Of a DNA stretch of 64,000 nt, positions 24,185 through 37,822 are shown piece after piece; within the stretch, counting starts at the first letter, position 1, and every line of letters begins with the position of its first letter. Below the pieces are notes generated by a model. The model made no database searches. It saw only the letters and a list, made by a program, of their open reading frames with translations, and was not told the origin of the DNA. A program made the translations under genes and the position numbers. The stretch is from Fistulifera solaris (lineage: Eukaryota): assembly GCA_030295235.1 (NCBI GenBank), contig AP026137.1:496001-560000 (forward strand), written 5' to 3'.

Positions 24185-25780
24185 CTAACTTTGAAGCTTC
24201 TTTTTCTTAGCGGATGGATTCAAGCGTGAAATTTCACGCCCGTTTGTCAGTTTTCTAATTTTTTCGGACGCAAACGTGCTCAATTGCCAAATACCTGGAC
24301 CGCGGCGTACTTGAATGACCCAAGCTAGCATGCCACCGATGTTCACAGGGAAAACGGCAGTGCAGGGAAACTCCCATATAAGATTTTGTTCTCCATGATT
24401 ATGATTGATAAATTCTAACGCTTCTAAAACAAGTTTGTAGTGCCCGCACAGGAGTACGATGTTCCCCGAATTCCTCCGCAAAACCCGTGCCATTTCATTC
24501 AGCACCAAAGGTAGCAACTGCTGAAGTTTATTGGTGCTAAGACACAATCTTCCAAAGGGAAGATCCGAAACGACCGCATCGACAGTACCCGTTCGAATGG
24601 GAAGATTCGCCGCATCCCAAGCTATCAATGTAGCCGCTATTCGTTGTTGTTCGTTCTGTATTGAAGCCGAGTAAGTGGTCGCTTGCGGTCCGAGCAAGGA
24701 TGGTGTTAAAACAATATCTCCTCCCAATCCGACATACTTCAAATATGCGCACTCGTGAGCAATGGTCCCAATACCTACACACGGATCCAAAACTACGGCT
24801 CCGGATTTCAAGCCCACCAAATGCAACAACAATTGCGCCGTTGAGGGACGCAATCGAACGATTCCCGTCAGTGTCATGTAGGGCGGAGCCACATCCGGGG
24901 GTACAATTCCCGACGAAAAGGAATGGCACCCAAGGTATTGATATGGATGCAAAGCCAAAGCAACGGCAAAATGATGGCTACAAGGATCTGTATCATCTTC
25001 TTTCAAAAACAAGACAATTTCCACGTCATAATGCTTCAGATCCACGGTCCAGGAAGAAGGAACTAAATCGTTGGCTACGGCCATGATCAAATCGCGTCGC
25101 GTATAGTTAGGATCGTCGGGCCGTACGCAACTAATCCGAAATTTCAAGCCAGGATTGTCGGTGTTCGTGCTGGCAAGCCACAAGTCATCAACAAATAGTG
25201 AATCGTCCCGAACGCGTTCTGATACGCTTTTCCAGTTGGAAAGAGCCACTTGTCTCCATATCCGCAAGGCAGATGGAAATTGTTGCTTTCGATACGAATC
25301 GGAACGCAAACAGAAATGTATAGCTTCAGCCATTTCAGAAAGTGTCGCGATTCTTCGTTGAGGAAAAGGTGATAATTTCCAGGAACCCACCAAGGCCGTG
25401 ACGGGACCGAGCGCTCGTAGATTTGGAACATCGGACGCTGGCTCAGCAGTAGCAAACTGCCACCACATATACGAATGCTGTCCCGGTTTCGTCCAAATGA
25501 CAGCTCGATGTGAATTATAGCCGATACTAATGTCGGATTTTGTCTGCGAATGCACGGTCCCAATGGGCACCGCAACCGAGTGTTTTCGCCAAGAGGTGCT
25601 TTCTTGAGTCAGATCATCATGAGAATAAGCCTCCGATTCACTAACCCAAATGGATTGGTGCAGGGGAATTCTTTGCTGTACCCATTCAGTGATAGCAAAA
25701 TGAAGACCCCGGGGAACAAGTGTCATGTATTGACAAGCGCACTCCGTCGTGCTGTCTGCTGTAGATGATGGAAGATCCAT
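24185..25780 (-). CDS. THUMP-domain RNA methyltransferase (THUMPD2/3, UPF0020-like)
   Basis: KFRISC, WTVDLKHYDVEI, LRPSTA, VLDPCVGIGTI, VDAVVSDLPFG and EMARVL. Start placed at MDLPSS. Confidence 0.85.
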   Translation of the reverse strand: MDLPSSTADSTTECACQYMTLVPRGLHFAITEWVQQRIPLHQSIWVSESEAYSHDDLTQESTSWRKHSVAVPIGTVHSQTKSDISIGYNSHRAVIWTKPGQHSYMWWQFATAEPASDVPNLRALGPVTALVGSWKLSPFPQRRIATLSEMAEAIHFCLRSDSYRKQQFPSALRIWRQVALSNWKSVSERVRDDSLFVDDLWLASTNTDNPGLKFRISCVRPDDPNYTRRDLIMAVANDLVPSSWTVDLKHYDVEIVLFLKEDDTDPCSHHFAVALALHPYQYLGCHSFSSGIVPPDVAPPYMTLTGIVRLRPSTAQLLLHLVGLKSGAVVLDPCVGIGTIAHECAYLKYVGLGGDIVLTPSLLGPQATTYSASIQNEQQRIAATLIAWDAANLPIRTGTVDAVVSDLPFGRLCLSTNKLQQLLPLVLNEMARVLRRNSGNIVLLCGHYKLVLEALEFINHNHGEQNLIWEFPCTAVFPVNIGGMLAWVIQVRRGPGIWQLSTFASEKIRKLTNGREISRLNPSAKKKKLQS

Positions 25781-25849
25781 ACGATTTGTGTGCCTTTTCG
25801 AAAAGGTTGCATTCATAATAACGCAAAGAAGGGAGTAGCACCAGGGAAC

Positions 25850-25918
25850 GACGTTAAAATTCTGCCTCGCCGTAGGCTCTAAGTAGAAACTTGTACTGAG
25901 AGGCAGAATTTTAACGTC
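25850..25918. repeat. 69-bp hairpin element, copy 1 (perfect 19-bp inverted repeat, 31-nt loop)
   Basis: GACGTTAAAATTCTGCCTC (25850-25868) pairs with GAGGCAGAATTTTAACGTC (25900-25918). A near-identical inverted copy lies at 62765-62833. Confidence 0.9.
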
Positions 25919-25977
25919 CTTCCAGGTAATCATTGAATTGAATGAATGCGAAGAATGAGCCAGAATTTCCGTGCATC

Positions 25978-26712
25978 CTTGAAATTTCACTATGACGCAA
26001 GGTGTTGGTTTACGCCAGCCAAGACTGGATTGTACAGTAGTCATGAACCGAACAACAAAGGGATCCGTTTTGCGTTTTGCGTCTCCCGCATCCGTCCATT
26101 GTCATTCAACTGCGAATATAATTATATTTACGGATAAATAAAGTCGCAACAATGATGATTCTGAACTACGTGTTAAGAGTTTCTTTTATTTTCACGTCGA
26201 AATAATCCGAGGTTCGACAGCTTGAATTTTCACTATGAAACGGAGTGTTGGTTTACGCCAGCCAAGACTAGATTGTACAGTAGTCATGAACCGAACAACA
26301 AAGGGATCCGTTTTGCGTTTTGCGTCTCTCGCATCCGTCCATTGTCATTCAACTGCGAATATAATTATATTGACGGGTAAATAAAGTCGCAACAATGATG
26401 ATTCTGAACTGCTTGTTAAGATTTTCTTTTATTTTCACGTCGAAATAATCCGAGGATCGACAGCTTGAATTTCCACTATGAAACGGAGTGTTGGTTTACG
26501 CCAGCCAAGACTGGATTGTACAGTAGTCATGAACCGAACAACAAAGGGATCCGTTTTGCGTTTTGCGTCTCTCGCATCCGTCCATTGTCATTCAACTGCG
26601 AATAAATTTATAATTACGGGTAAATAAAGTCGCAACAATGATGATTCTGAACTGCTTGTTAAGATTTTCTTTTATTTTCACGTCGAAATAATCCGAGGTT
26701 CGACACCTTGAA
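25978..26712. repeat. Tandem repeat, three copies of a 243-bp unit
   Basis: TGTTGGTTTACGCCAGCCAAGACT starts at 26003, 26246 and 26489. The units differ by only a few substitutions. Confidence 0.95.
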
Positions 26713-27270
26713 ACAATTTCGCTCGTTCCCGGTCAGCCAACGGAAGTCTCTTAAGGCGACCAGTCTGAATCGGTTCTAGCGGCTTACTTAAATGCGTAAG
26801 CACCTACAACGTGGATAGGACTTAAATATAATATCAGAGTTATTTATTTTTATAAATTTTGTTTGTTCATTACTCATGACTGAAGTGCAGTCGTGACGAA
26901 ATACGGAAAACACTTTGGTCCATAGTAAAATTTGGCGGACCAGTTTTCGTAGACTTGTCGACATGTAATGAAAAGGATGCCAAAAACTACAACTGTAAAA
27001 TTTTCTGAACAAACGAATTGTAGCCTAAGCAAAGATTGAGTTGCAGTCGTGAATAATATTGCTATAGACAACTGTTTGATAAAATAAAGGTCGAAAAGTG
27101 CTGGTACGGATCTGCATCTGCTATGCTATCTACCCTCTAAATGGGATTATTAGGCATCGAAGTTACCCTGAAAGAGTCCGCAACGTTGCGACTTTCTGTA
27201 GTGTACGGAATTTATCGACAGCAACTTGATCACCACTGCTTCTGATGGTTGCCCCTACACTCAATTGTTT

Positions 27271-28577
27271 TTACTTTTGTTGCGCTAGCGACTTTAACTG
27301 TTTTATCCAAAGCAAGGATGCCGGCGTTTCTCGCCAAGCATCGTCTAGTATTTTTCTGAGCGAAGTATCATTTGAAGCATACACGCGCTGTCGCCATTCC
27401 TCTCCATCGGGAAAGTACTTCCATATCCAAGAATTTTCTGCCGGGTATTGTTGATAGAACGATTGCCATTTCCACAACAGACCGGCTAGCAAATACGCAT
27501 CTCGCATGCGACTCGACTTGTCTTGCAAAATTGTTTTTGTTCTTGTTAGGTCACTCAAAATCCATTTCGAGTCGAGCGGAAGATCGGTCGCCGTCATGAA
27601 TCGAAATGGCAACTTCGGTTTATCCAACCACACGGTCAAATCCGCGTGCGTCGATAAATGACAAGGTTGAATGGATGGATGCGAACCAATCCAGTGTTCG
27701 GTCGCAAACCGGTCTTCCCCTCGGGTATCGCGCTTTTCCGCAAAGATGGCACCCCGAATTTCCTTGGGACGCTGCGCGAGCATGGCGTCGGTCCGTGCCT
27801 CGAATTCGTTCGGTGCAATCAGTTGTTGCACATAATCACAGCGAGCCGTGAAGAAATTTCCCGGATAAAAGAGCGTCCAGACCGGTTGAAAAAGCAAGCC
27901 GCAGGTCGAACATTGCTGATCCGTGATCCGATCGAGACACAGCTGGTCGGTAATGGCCCGCGTCATGTGTCTTCGCCATTTTTCTCTCCGTTTCCCGCCA
28001 TTGTACGACCCCTTGTTGTGCAGATAAATCATTTGCCGATCGGGAAATTTCTGACAAAACTGGTACGCGTCTTGTAACGTAATTTCTTCAAAGCCGCTTT
28101 GATAGTGTGCCATGTGAACACAAGTCAAGCCGAGGGCTTGACATCGGGTCTGAACGGTTTGTGTGAATGCTGGACCGTGCAAAAGGCGTGACCGACCGTA
28201 TTGTAGTACAATACAAGAGGAATGGTAGCCGCATGGGATTCACCGATTTGCTGTATTTGTTCGAGCACGATCGTTTCAAAAAAGGATGTTTCATTTTGTC
28301 GAGGATCGCCGTAAATGTTGTAAAAGACTGCCCGCAATGCGTCTTGTTGTCGATGAAATGGATCCGCTGTTATGATCGTTTGTACATCGTTCACTTTGGG
28401 TGCTTCAGGCACGACGGCTGGATAGTGGGAGAAGTCTTGCAGCAATTCGGTCGAATACAGGACGGCATTGTTTTGCCATACAACAAAAGAGATGATTCCG
28501 AGCAATAGAAATACAAGAAAGCTCGTTATTATCATAAACAGCCGTGCGTTTCGTGTTTGTTGCTTCTTGATAATCAT
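27271..28577 (-). CDS. Type II membrane protein, putative glycosyltransferase-like family
   Basis: N-terminal TM (LFMIITSFLVFLLLGIISFVVW). Conserved-looking motifs FEEITL, IYLHNKGSY, WRRHMT, YPGNFFTARCDYV and RFATEHWIGSHP. One indel near 28180. The function is inference. Confidence 0.6.
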
Positions 28578-28988
28578 TGTAGGATCAATGACAGATTTGA
28601 ATTAATGAGATAATGAATAATAAAGGAGACCTTTTGTTCGCTCTTTTCATTATTTTGTCAATGCGACGTGTACGTTCTTTTTTTTTCACTTCTTCATCGC
28701 AAATCGCAAAACATCTCATTTCTCTTTACTCGTCCGCTTCATTAATCTCACATAATCAAAGGCTATCGTACCGGTTCTAATTTTGTCCGTTGTAGTCGAG
28801 ACCGCTAAAAATTGTACCATCGGCTTTCTTTTGACGACACGAAAGCTCATCATCGTACAGTACCAGGTATCTTTCGGTCGACGCTTCTCTTGTTTCCACA
28901 TTCATCGAGCAGCCTTCAAAGGCTATACATGTTACACCTGCGAAATCTCTTTTAAGAGCGCACGACTAATTTAGATACTGCTCCAAAA

Positions 28989-31900
28989 ATGAGGTCATCG
29001 TTCGCCTTTTCCTTCGCCTCATTGCTCCTCTGCTTCACAGCTGCTGAATTACAGAAATACAACGCCATCGATTCGGATCATGTTTTGAATGTACACGTCG
29101 TTCCACATTCCCATGACGATGTGGGGTGGCTGAAAACGGTCGAACAATACTATTATCCCGATCAAAACTGCAGTATTTCCCCCAATTCCGTGCAGAAAAT
29201 TCTCAGCACGACCATTGATGCCTTGCAACAAAACGAAGCACGAACCTTTGTCGTCGTGGAAATCAAGTTCTTTGCCATGTGGTGGAAGGAACAGAATGAT
29301 GCAGTCAAAGATACGGTGCGGTTTCTGGTGGCGAATCAACAGTTGACTTTCGTGAATGGAGGTTGGTGTATGCACGATGAAGCGGCGACGCATTTTATGG
29401 GAATGATCGATCAAATGACGACAGGTCACACCTTTCTGGAACGAGAATTGGGATATATACCCAAAGTGGGATGGCAATTGGATCCATTTGGTCATTCCGC
29501 GACACAGGCGTCTCTGATGACGAGCAAAATGGGATTTGATGCCGTGTATTTCGGTCGAATCGACTATCAAGATTTGGCCTTACGGCACTTAACACAACAT
29601 TGTGAAGGCTTGTGGAATGCATCTACATCCCTTGAAGATACGACCGTATTCTGGGGGCTTACTGGAAGTTACAGTGGGAATTATGGACCACCGAAAGGAT
29701 TTTGTTTTGATGCTTACTGTGATTCCAAGGAGCGTTTGTTGGGATTGACGGACGATGCGTTACTTGAGCGGTTGAAAGACTTTGTGCAACAGTTAAGAGC
29801 CCAGAGTGATCGAACATCAGACAATCATATCATGTTGACCATGGGAGAAGATTTCAATGTAAGCAATTTTGGACGTGCTTTTTCATTCGATTTTATGTTC
29901 TTATCAAGCGTTCTGTTTTACAGTACATGGACGCGGCAACAAATTTTGCCAATCTGGATCTATTGATCGCCAAACTCATGATTTATCAGCATTCGGGTCG
30001 TCTCGATGTACCATCGTTTTTGGGCCCCCGGCACAGTCGTCTCAATATCTTTTATTCTTCACCGGATTATTACACTCAACAAAAGCACAAAGTTTGGAAG
30101 CGACGGCAGGATCGGCTTAGTAATGAGACGGAATGGAGAACGAAAACGGATGATTTCTTTCCGTATTCCAGTTGTGAGAACTGCTTTTGGACGGGTTACT
30201 ATACGTCACGGACTTCATTCAAACGGCTTGAGCGAGAGGCATCATCGCTACTATTAGCGTCGCGGCAAATCGATGTTTTTATGAACAAAGAAGAACTACC
30301 GGAGTTTAATAAATGCGATTGGTGCCATCCTTTGTATGAGCTAGAAGATGCCCTCGGCGTCGCCCAGCATCACGATGGTGTATCTGGTACTGCGAAGCAG
30401 CATGTTGCCGACGATTACGCGAAGCGATTATCTTCTGGTATGCATCGAGCTATTGCGCACGTGTCTCGTCTCCTGTCAAAAAACATTTATGCGGAAAACT
30501 CGACTGCAGTTCAGCTTCAATATTGTCCACTCCTCAACGAAACAATCTGTTCAATTGCAGAAGAAGCAACGAAATCAAACGGGACTTCTCTCCATGTTGT
30601 GGTCTACAATCCGCTGGGCCAAAATCGATCTACTGTTTTGCGAATACCAGTTGCATCATTAGCGTGCTATGAAATCACTGATCTATCCAACAATATCAGT
30701 ATTTGCGATCATTCCATCAGGGCAGCTATGCAACCTGCTGACACCTCTAGATATGTCGTATACTACGACACTGGTTCGGTGCCACCTTTGGGCTACAAAA
30801 CATTTCAGATTATCAAGCAATGCGATTGCACATCACCGGATAGTTCGTCACTTGCAATAATCCAACAGGAAAGAAGACGACTTCGCAAAGCCAGCAGCAC
30901 TACCATTGCAATCACAAATGATTTTATGACAGTTGAATTCGATTCGATCACGGGGCAAATGAAAAGAGCCGTATCGGATGGGACTGAGATAGACCTTGTC
31001 CAAGAGTGGGGCTACTATACGTCTTTCGACAGTCGCTGGGATAATTCTGAAGTTCCTGCTATTGACCCTACACAGAACTCGGGTGCATACATCTTTCGAC
31101 CAAGCACTCCTACTCAAGATATACACCATCTTTTGCCTCGAAAGGCGACAGTCGTGGACACTTCTCAAGGCGCGGAAGTTCGCATTGAATTCCATCAAAA
31201 TTGGATACGACAAACAACCCGTCTTTTCCATTCTCAGCCGATCATTGAAGTCGAGTACGAGATTGGTCCTATTCCGATTGATGATCTTCGAGGAAAAGAA
31301 ATTGTGACACGTTACAGGGCGTCTATTGGCAGCAAGTCGGTCTTCTATACTGATTCGAATGGACGTGAGTTTATTCGACGACAACGTAATTATCGACCAT
31401 CCTGGGATCTCGACGTCTTTGAACCTGTTGCTGGAAATTTTTATCCAGTCAACACAGCCATTTTCCTTCAAGACCAAAATGCATCTCTAAGCGTAGTAGT
31501 CGACCGCTCTCAAGGTGGATCGTCACTGCAAGACGGAACACTAGAGCTCATGGTGCAGAGAAGGAACTTGGCCGACGATGCGAAAGGAGTCGGAGAACCA
31601 CTGAACGAAACGTCTGGTGGGATGACACCATACCCACCTTATGGGAATGCGGAACGCGTTGGAGACGGTGTAATAATCCGAGGAACACACCGAATCATGA
31701 TAGGGAAAGGTTTAAACGGAGCTAAGCTTGCACGGTCAATGATGGACTCAGCATTCGCCGAACCGCTTGTGTTTTTCGGTAAATGCGCAAACCCTTGCCC
31801 AGCTATGTCCCAAAGTGCATCTTTCTTTTCTGGTCTATCAACCGGTTTGCCCGAAAATGTGATGCTCATAACCTTTGCGCGTTTGAGCATATCAAAGTAC

Positions 31901-32185
31901 TTGCTTCGACTTGGGCACCAGTATGGCGTGGACGATGACGATGAATTAGCAGAACCCGTCAACGTGGATATCGGCACTTTGTTTCTGGGCATTGGTGAAG
32001 TCTATACAATAGTCGAAATGACTCTAAGTGGCAACCAAAAGTGGGAATCATTGCAGAAGACTAAGCTGCATTGGTCACACGAAACTCGTAGCACTTCCAA
32101 CGAGGATATTTCAAACAAGGGTAATATGGTTGTCTTGCGCCCAATGGAAATCAGAACGTTTCATGTCACATTAAAGGCACAATAA
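28989..32185 (+). CDS. Lysosomal/vacuolar-type alpha-mannosidase, GH38; 2 exons
   Basis: Signal peptide; VHVVPHSHDDVGWLKT, GGWCMHDEA, WQLDPFGHS, FWTGYYTSR, AQHHDGVSGT, SGAYIFRP and FYTDSNGRE. GT-AG intron at 29859-29923. Confidence 0.95.
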
Positions 32186-32624
32186 TGGAAGTTCCAAAAA
32201 TTGGATGGGCATTTTTACCTACCAAGAGCACCCATTCCAAAAGAAGCTTTTCTAACGCAAACCATCAGCAACAAGAACAACATTTTCATCAAACCTTGCA
32301 TTCAATCAAATGCTCTGGTGTTTCGATTGAAAGTAGACCTACTGTTGTTGTTACGATCTATATAGTCTTTAGTTACGATTATAACAGCCGACTTCCGGGA
32401 CTGTGAGTCAGTCCCGACTTGAAACGTCACTCCAACACTTTTCATTACCAGTATGACTTGCGGGCGGAAGCAGACGCTTTTTGTTACGTCCAAGCAAGAG
32501 ATGCAGATGTGGCCCTTCTTTTGTTACAATAAAAGAAGGAACAATTATATAAACAAACTAAAACCACGGACGAAGACATTTTTACATTAAATAGCAAACT
32601 TTCTTTATACTGACTGGGTTGATA

Positions 32625-34160
32625 ATGGAGACTGTAAAGGAACACAAAAGACGGCGCTCGTCGAAGAAGCAAAAACGGATTGCCGCCGAAAAGAAGAAGA
32701 TGATCGACTTACAGCGTTGCTCTTTGGTAATGGCGAAGTACTTGAAAGATCACAAGAAATAATACAATCAAAACCTGCGGGAGACTCTCTGTTTGTGATT
32801 GATCGCCAGGGAGAAACACAGACGACGACAGAATTAAAAAATGTACGAGACCTTGAAATTGAGGACGACAACGATGCCGAAGAAACGGACGGCCCGGTTT
32901 GGCAGGATGACGACGATGACATCCAAATTCACTTGAAAAACAGATTAGCAAAGCTACGTCACAATCGACAGGAAGGTGCTGTGAGCACGCAACAACTTGA
33001 AGGACGCCTTCGAACCTATTATCAACAGTCACTGACTGCTCAAACGAATTGGGCGAAACTTCCCGAAGAAAACGATCAAACAGAGGAGGAACACGCAGTA
33101 GTTGACACAGATGAGCCCATGCTGTCAATAGGAGGTCTGAAGCCAACTATATTAGCTACCGTTCGCTGTCCGGATGCCAATATGGCAGACCCGAATCAAG
33201 CTGCTGTTCAAGCAGTTCACTTTCATCCGGGCTCCGACCCAGATCGACCGCTCCTACTCACGGCTGGCTTGGACAAAACGTTGCGATTTTTTCCAAGTAG
33301 GTGAAGAAAAGAGTGAGAAAATTCACGGAATACACTGTAAGTCTTGACTCGAGAAGTTCTTTCGATTGCGACCTGTCCTCATAGCCGTTTTCCTTAGTCC
33401 CTAAATTGCCGATTTTTAGCGCAAGCTTTCTAGGCGAGACTGGGAGTGTCGTTGTGACGGGTCGAAGACCTTTTTCTACATTTATAATGCCGTATCGGGA
33501 AACCTAGATCACGTGCCACGAATATTAGGACGCGAAGAAAAGAGTTGGGAAAAGTCGGTGGCATCGCCTGATGGAAGCACAGTAGCATTGATTGGAAATG
33601 ATGGTTATGTCGTTTTGTGGGATGTAGCGTCAAAGCAAATCAACAAAACGCTCAAGATAAATGGCAGCGTTCGGGCTATAACATTCACTCCGGACAATCG
33701 TGAGATTCTTGCTAGTGGTAGTGATGGAGATGTATATCGATGGGATCTTCGCAACACACGGCGGTGCGCAGAGCGATGGTCGAATCAAGACGGTACCATC
33801 ACTTCGGCTTTGGCGGCATCGTCACGACATGTTGCAGTGGGAGCGGAAAGCGGAGTTGTCAATTTGTACAAGTCGTCGCATCTGGTGAAATCTGTTCTTA
33901 ACTTGTCAACCTCGGCTGATCTAGTAAAATTCAACTCCGACGGTGAAATTTTAGCTTTATCAACGCGACGTGAGAAGATGGGACTGAAACTTTTGCATGT
34001 GCCTTCGGCTACCGTTTTCTCGAATTGGCCGACGTCCAAGACACCGCTCAATTATGTCTGGTCGTTGGATTTTTCACCGGCGAGTCGATTTTTGGCCATT
34101 GGTAACGACAAGGGAAAGTGTTTGCTGTATCAGTTGAAACATTACAGCAATGATAGTTAA
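32625..34160 (+). CDS. UTP18: U3 snoRNA-associated protein 18 (WD40)
   Basis: PVWQDDDD, LLLTAGLDKTLRFF, GAESGVVNLY, LLHVPSATVFSNWPTSKTPL and LAIGNDKGKCLLYQLKHY. Intron at about 33337-33397; several indels. Confidence 0.88.
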
Positions 34161-34518
34161 AGCCAGGTTATCCTCGGATCCAAGTCACGTCTGCTAGTAC
34201 TAGCCATTGCTAATCAAATCATTTAGAGATCACCCTAAGCCTCATTTGTTACAAGAGACTTTACGCGTGAGCTTGATCCTTTCATTTACAAAAACTTATC
34301 ATTAACGTGAATTTCCAGCATTAGATTCGGATCACGTAAGAAGCGCCCTAGACGAAAGACGAAAACACTGACTCACTCGTCGTACTTTTCGTTCTATACC
34401 AGGTAGAGGAGTCACTGTTTCGCAACAACTTTTTGCAATAAAGGTTATAGCACGATGAACGATAAACATAACAAAGGACCATTTACTTTTCTTTCATCAC
34501 CAAATATACTAACCACAG

Positions 34519-35328
34519 ATGATTCAATTAATATCAATATTCATTTGGATGGCATTTGCTGACGCGTGGACGCCGAGGCCTCTACAAACCCGCATCGGCA
34601 CGTCTTTGCGTCTCTCCAGCACGTCGTCGGAAAGTGTCGCATCCTTGAAAGCGGATTTAATCGCAGCTTGCATTCGGGGTGGCCAACCGGAAAACATCCG
34701 TGGCCTGGTGAAGAACTTGATGCAAGTGGCGGAAGCAAAGGGAGAAGGACAATCGAGCAGTTCGTCCGGTTTCCTCTCGGGCGAATGGGAATTACTGTAC
34801 GGCACCGAAGACGATACGCGGTCGTCGCCGTTTTTCTGGGCGTTTCGCAAGGCAACTGACAATGCGGATCAAATTTACAGCATCACCGACAGTATTCCTG
34901 CACCATTGAAAGAGGTCGGGCCTGCGCGACAAAACATCGAATGGGTTGATACGGCACAGACCGGTCGCTTCGTATCGCGAGTCAAAATCGCGACCCTGGG
35001 TGGTTTGGCGACATCTATTATGACGACACGAGGCACTATAGTTGGAACCGATGGAACAGATGGTGTTGTTTTGCAAATTGATTCTACCAAACCCGAGAAA
35101 AGCACGGCTTTGTCGACTATACTGGGCCCATTAGGTGATGTGTTGAACGAGAATGCCCCTCCCTTTCCAAGCGGACAAGCTCTCGAACAGCTCCGACCGG
35201 GATCATCCAAAGTAATTATGCGTACAGGATATTGTGACGAAGGCTTGCGAATCAGTTGGGATGATGCACGTCCGGATGATTTCTTTGTGTGGAGACGAAA
35301 CGAGTTTGCGAATTATGATTTCTTGTAA
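34519..35328 (+). CDS. Plastid lipid-associated (PAP/fibrillin-like) protein
   Basis: Signal peptide ending ADA-W followed by a Ser/Thr/Arg-rich transit region; LSGEWELLY, RSSPFFWAFR and YCDEGLRIS. Confidence 0.75.
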   Translation: MIQLISIFIWMAFADAWTPRPLQTRIGTSLRLSSTSSESVASLKADLIAACIRGGQPENIRGLVKNLMQVAEAKGEGQSSSSSGFLSGEWELLYGTEDDTRSSPFFWAFRKATDNADQIYSITDSIPAPLKEVGPARQNIEWVDTAQTGRFVSRVKIATLGGLATSIMTTRGTIVGTDGTDGVVLQIDSTKPEKSTALSTILGPLGDVLNENAPPFPSGQALEQLRPGSSKVIMRTGYCDEGLRISWDDARPDDFFVWRRNEFANYDFL

Positions 35329-35601
35329 TGAAGGGGAATTGATTAGATCGAGACTGACATTTGACTACACATTTTGCTAGTAATTATTAGTGCACATAGT
35401 TTCTCGGTCGACTGCAGCTTGGCGACTTTGATTGTTTCATGTGACAAAAACAACTGATCGGGCCACGTCTAGTTTGCGGTCTGCGGATGTTGTTGTAGCT
35501 CTATTGATGCAAGCCGAACAAGCGAAGCCAATAATCTGAAAATCCAAGTTTGAAAAACAGAAATAGTAGATTTGGATACTTGTTGTCGGGATCCTGTCTA
35601 T

Positions 35602-35935
35602 TTACGAAGTCTCGGCATCCATGTTTGGGTCAAACTCTTGAAAACATTTCAACGCCACCGTCAAATAATCATAAAACGATGACAACGAAACCCTCAGAAA
35701 CTTTGCTTGTTTTGCTTCAAATCGCCTAACACACCTTTGAGTTAGAACAGGCAAGCATCTCCGTGAAGCTGACGACGAGCACTTACACTTTCATGCATCG
35801 AGGCTCTACAAATGCAAAAGTTCTTACTACTTGATCGCTTAACTCCGAATCTACTTGCATCACGCGGACCGCTTTCTCCGCCTGCGACGACGTCGGAAAG
35901 TTAAGTTCAATTTCGCAGGCGTAGGGATAGTCCAT
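35602..35935 (-). CDS. PCC1: KEOPS/EKC complex subunit Pcc1/LAGE3; 2 exons
   Basis: ELNFPTSSQAEKAVRVMQVDSEL..QVVRTF, an intron at about 35726-35786, then FEAKQAKFLRVSLSSFYDYLTVALKCFQEF. Confidence 0.85.
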
Positions 35936-36575
35936 TGCAAAAGAATAGGAATAGTGTTCGCCGTCTTGGTCTTGATTTTTTTGCAAGCAAAAATCTTGAG
36001 GCGTGCGAAGTGCGAAGGCCAGACCACAATAATTGGGTTAACTTTAACTCTATTCCCAAGCGACAAAAGACAAAACGGAGCACGGAGTGCCGGGCATAAG
36101 TGAAAGCTCATTCACGAAACACGAACGACTCACTCGACACTCCGACACAATACAATTTCCTACGTACTAATCTCTATGGCTAATCAAGACTTAAGCCCTT
36201 GTTGGATCCACAAACCTTTTATTATTCGCAATTCGCAACTTCGGCATTCTACTTCGTACATCATACCGCTTACTGCCAATTTCGGCATCGTGTATCGTGT
36301 TCCTGCGTTTCCGTTTTTGATTTTTTCCCATAATTAACCATAATATGTAGTACTTACTAATAGATAGACGCAGCTGTCACAGTAAAGTACAGTTGCGACC
36401 ATCTAAATCTGCAACCGGCAACCGGCAAAACAGCCCTCTATTTTCGCCTTTCACCATCTTCCTTTTAGCGCACCTCTTTCTTGAAACTATAGCTTGAAAC
36501 GAAAACGAAAAGATCATTATTACGGAGTATGCGTTTATCTTTGCTTCCTCCAAAATCTTTTTGAAGAGAAAGACC

Positions 36576-37822
36576 ATGCGCAAATTAATATCTTGGAGCA
36601 AAGTATCGTCGGAATCATTGGATCCTGAAAGTCTCACGATCACGAGCTTCAAATCGAAAGACGACAACGATGTCGGCACTGGAAGCGATGAGGGTAGCTT
36701 TGTTTCAAATAAGTTCAAATTCGGCCTGCTTCTGTTGGTCGTTCTACAAAACTCATGTGCAATTCTAGTAGGACGATTCACACGAACGAACGTTCCTACG
36801 TCAGATCTCTATGATATCAATCACTTCATTGTCGTATCGGAATTTCTCAAATTCATTTTTTCTGCTGTCTTGGAGTTTCGCTCCTCCTCAGGCAATCTTC
36901 TATCTTCGATTGATCGGTACATTATTCAAAAGCCTTTCGACGCCAGCAAAGTCGCAATTCCTTCCTTTTGTACCTTATTCAAAACTCGCTCATCTACTCA
37001 GCTTTTGCGAATCTATCAGTCCCTGTTTTCCAAGTGACCAATCAAGGAAAGCTAGTGCTGACAGCGTTACTGAGTGTATTTTTCTTGGAGAGACGGTACT
37101 CACTTCAGCAGTGGGTCTGTTTATTGGGGCTCTCCCTAGGCGTTGCTATTGTGATTCTGGATCAGACAGAGGGAGAATCTGACATCGGCAAGAAGCGCGA
37201 TTTGTTGATTGGTCTGTCAGCCATGGCGATTGCATCTCTCTGTTCGGCGACGGCGGGTGTGTACTTTGAAAAAGTTCTCAAGGCGCCTTCAAACGAGCTA
37301 AAGCAGCCACAGGCCTCGCTTTGGATGCGAAACATGCAAATGGCGTTCTACTGCTGCAGCATCGGGATTATCCAGTCTTCGTTTCAGAAATCATCGAATC
37401 CGGAGCATTCCTATCTACATGGTTTTAACGCCTGGGTTTGGTTATCTGTGATTCTTCAAGCAAGTGGAGGTTTGCTTATCGCATCTGTCATTCAACATCT
37501 TGATAATGTTTTCAAAGGCTTGGCCACTGGTGTGTCGGTTGTGTTATCGTCGGCACTCTCTACGGTTGTTTTCGGCAACGTTCTCGGTGTGCAATTTTGT
37601 GCAGGCACGGTCATGATTTTGTGCTCGGTGTACTTTTTCAGCAATCCGTTACCCAAGTCATCACTTGCCAAGAGCTTGATTGCATCGTTGGCGGGCAAGA
37701 GGTGGGTTTTATGGTTGCTCTTCACGGCTGCGTTAGGACACCGCGCTGTCCTCCTTATTTCATCCAATCAAACTCAAAATACACTGGTTTTATTGGAAAG
37801 TTTGTATAAAGTGAACGGTTAA
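36576..37822 (+). CDS. Nucleotide-sugar transporter, SLC35A family
   Basis: LLVVLQN, SEFLK, IP…YLIQN (indel near 36965), FQVTNQGKLVLTAL, AGVYFEKVLK, SLWMRNMQM, GGLLIASVIQHLDNVFKGLAT. Confidence 0.92.

Noticed and set aside
25781..26044. 88-aa N-terminal extension of the THUMP ORF, and ORF 62672-63292 sharing KDVKILPLSTSFY
   Set aside because: The shared peptide is simply the translation of the hairpin element, and the upstream ATG lies inside the tandem repeat.
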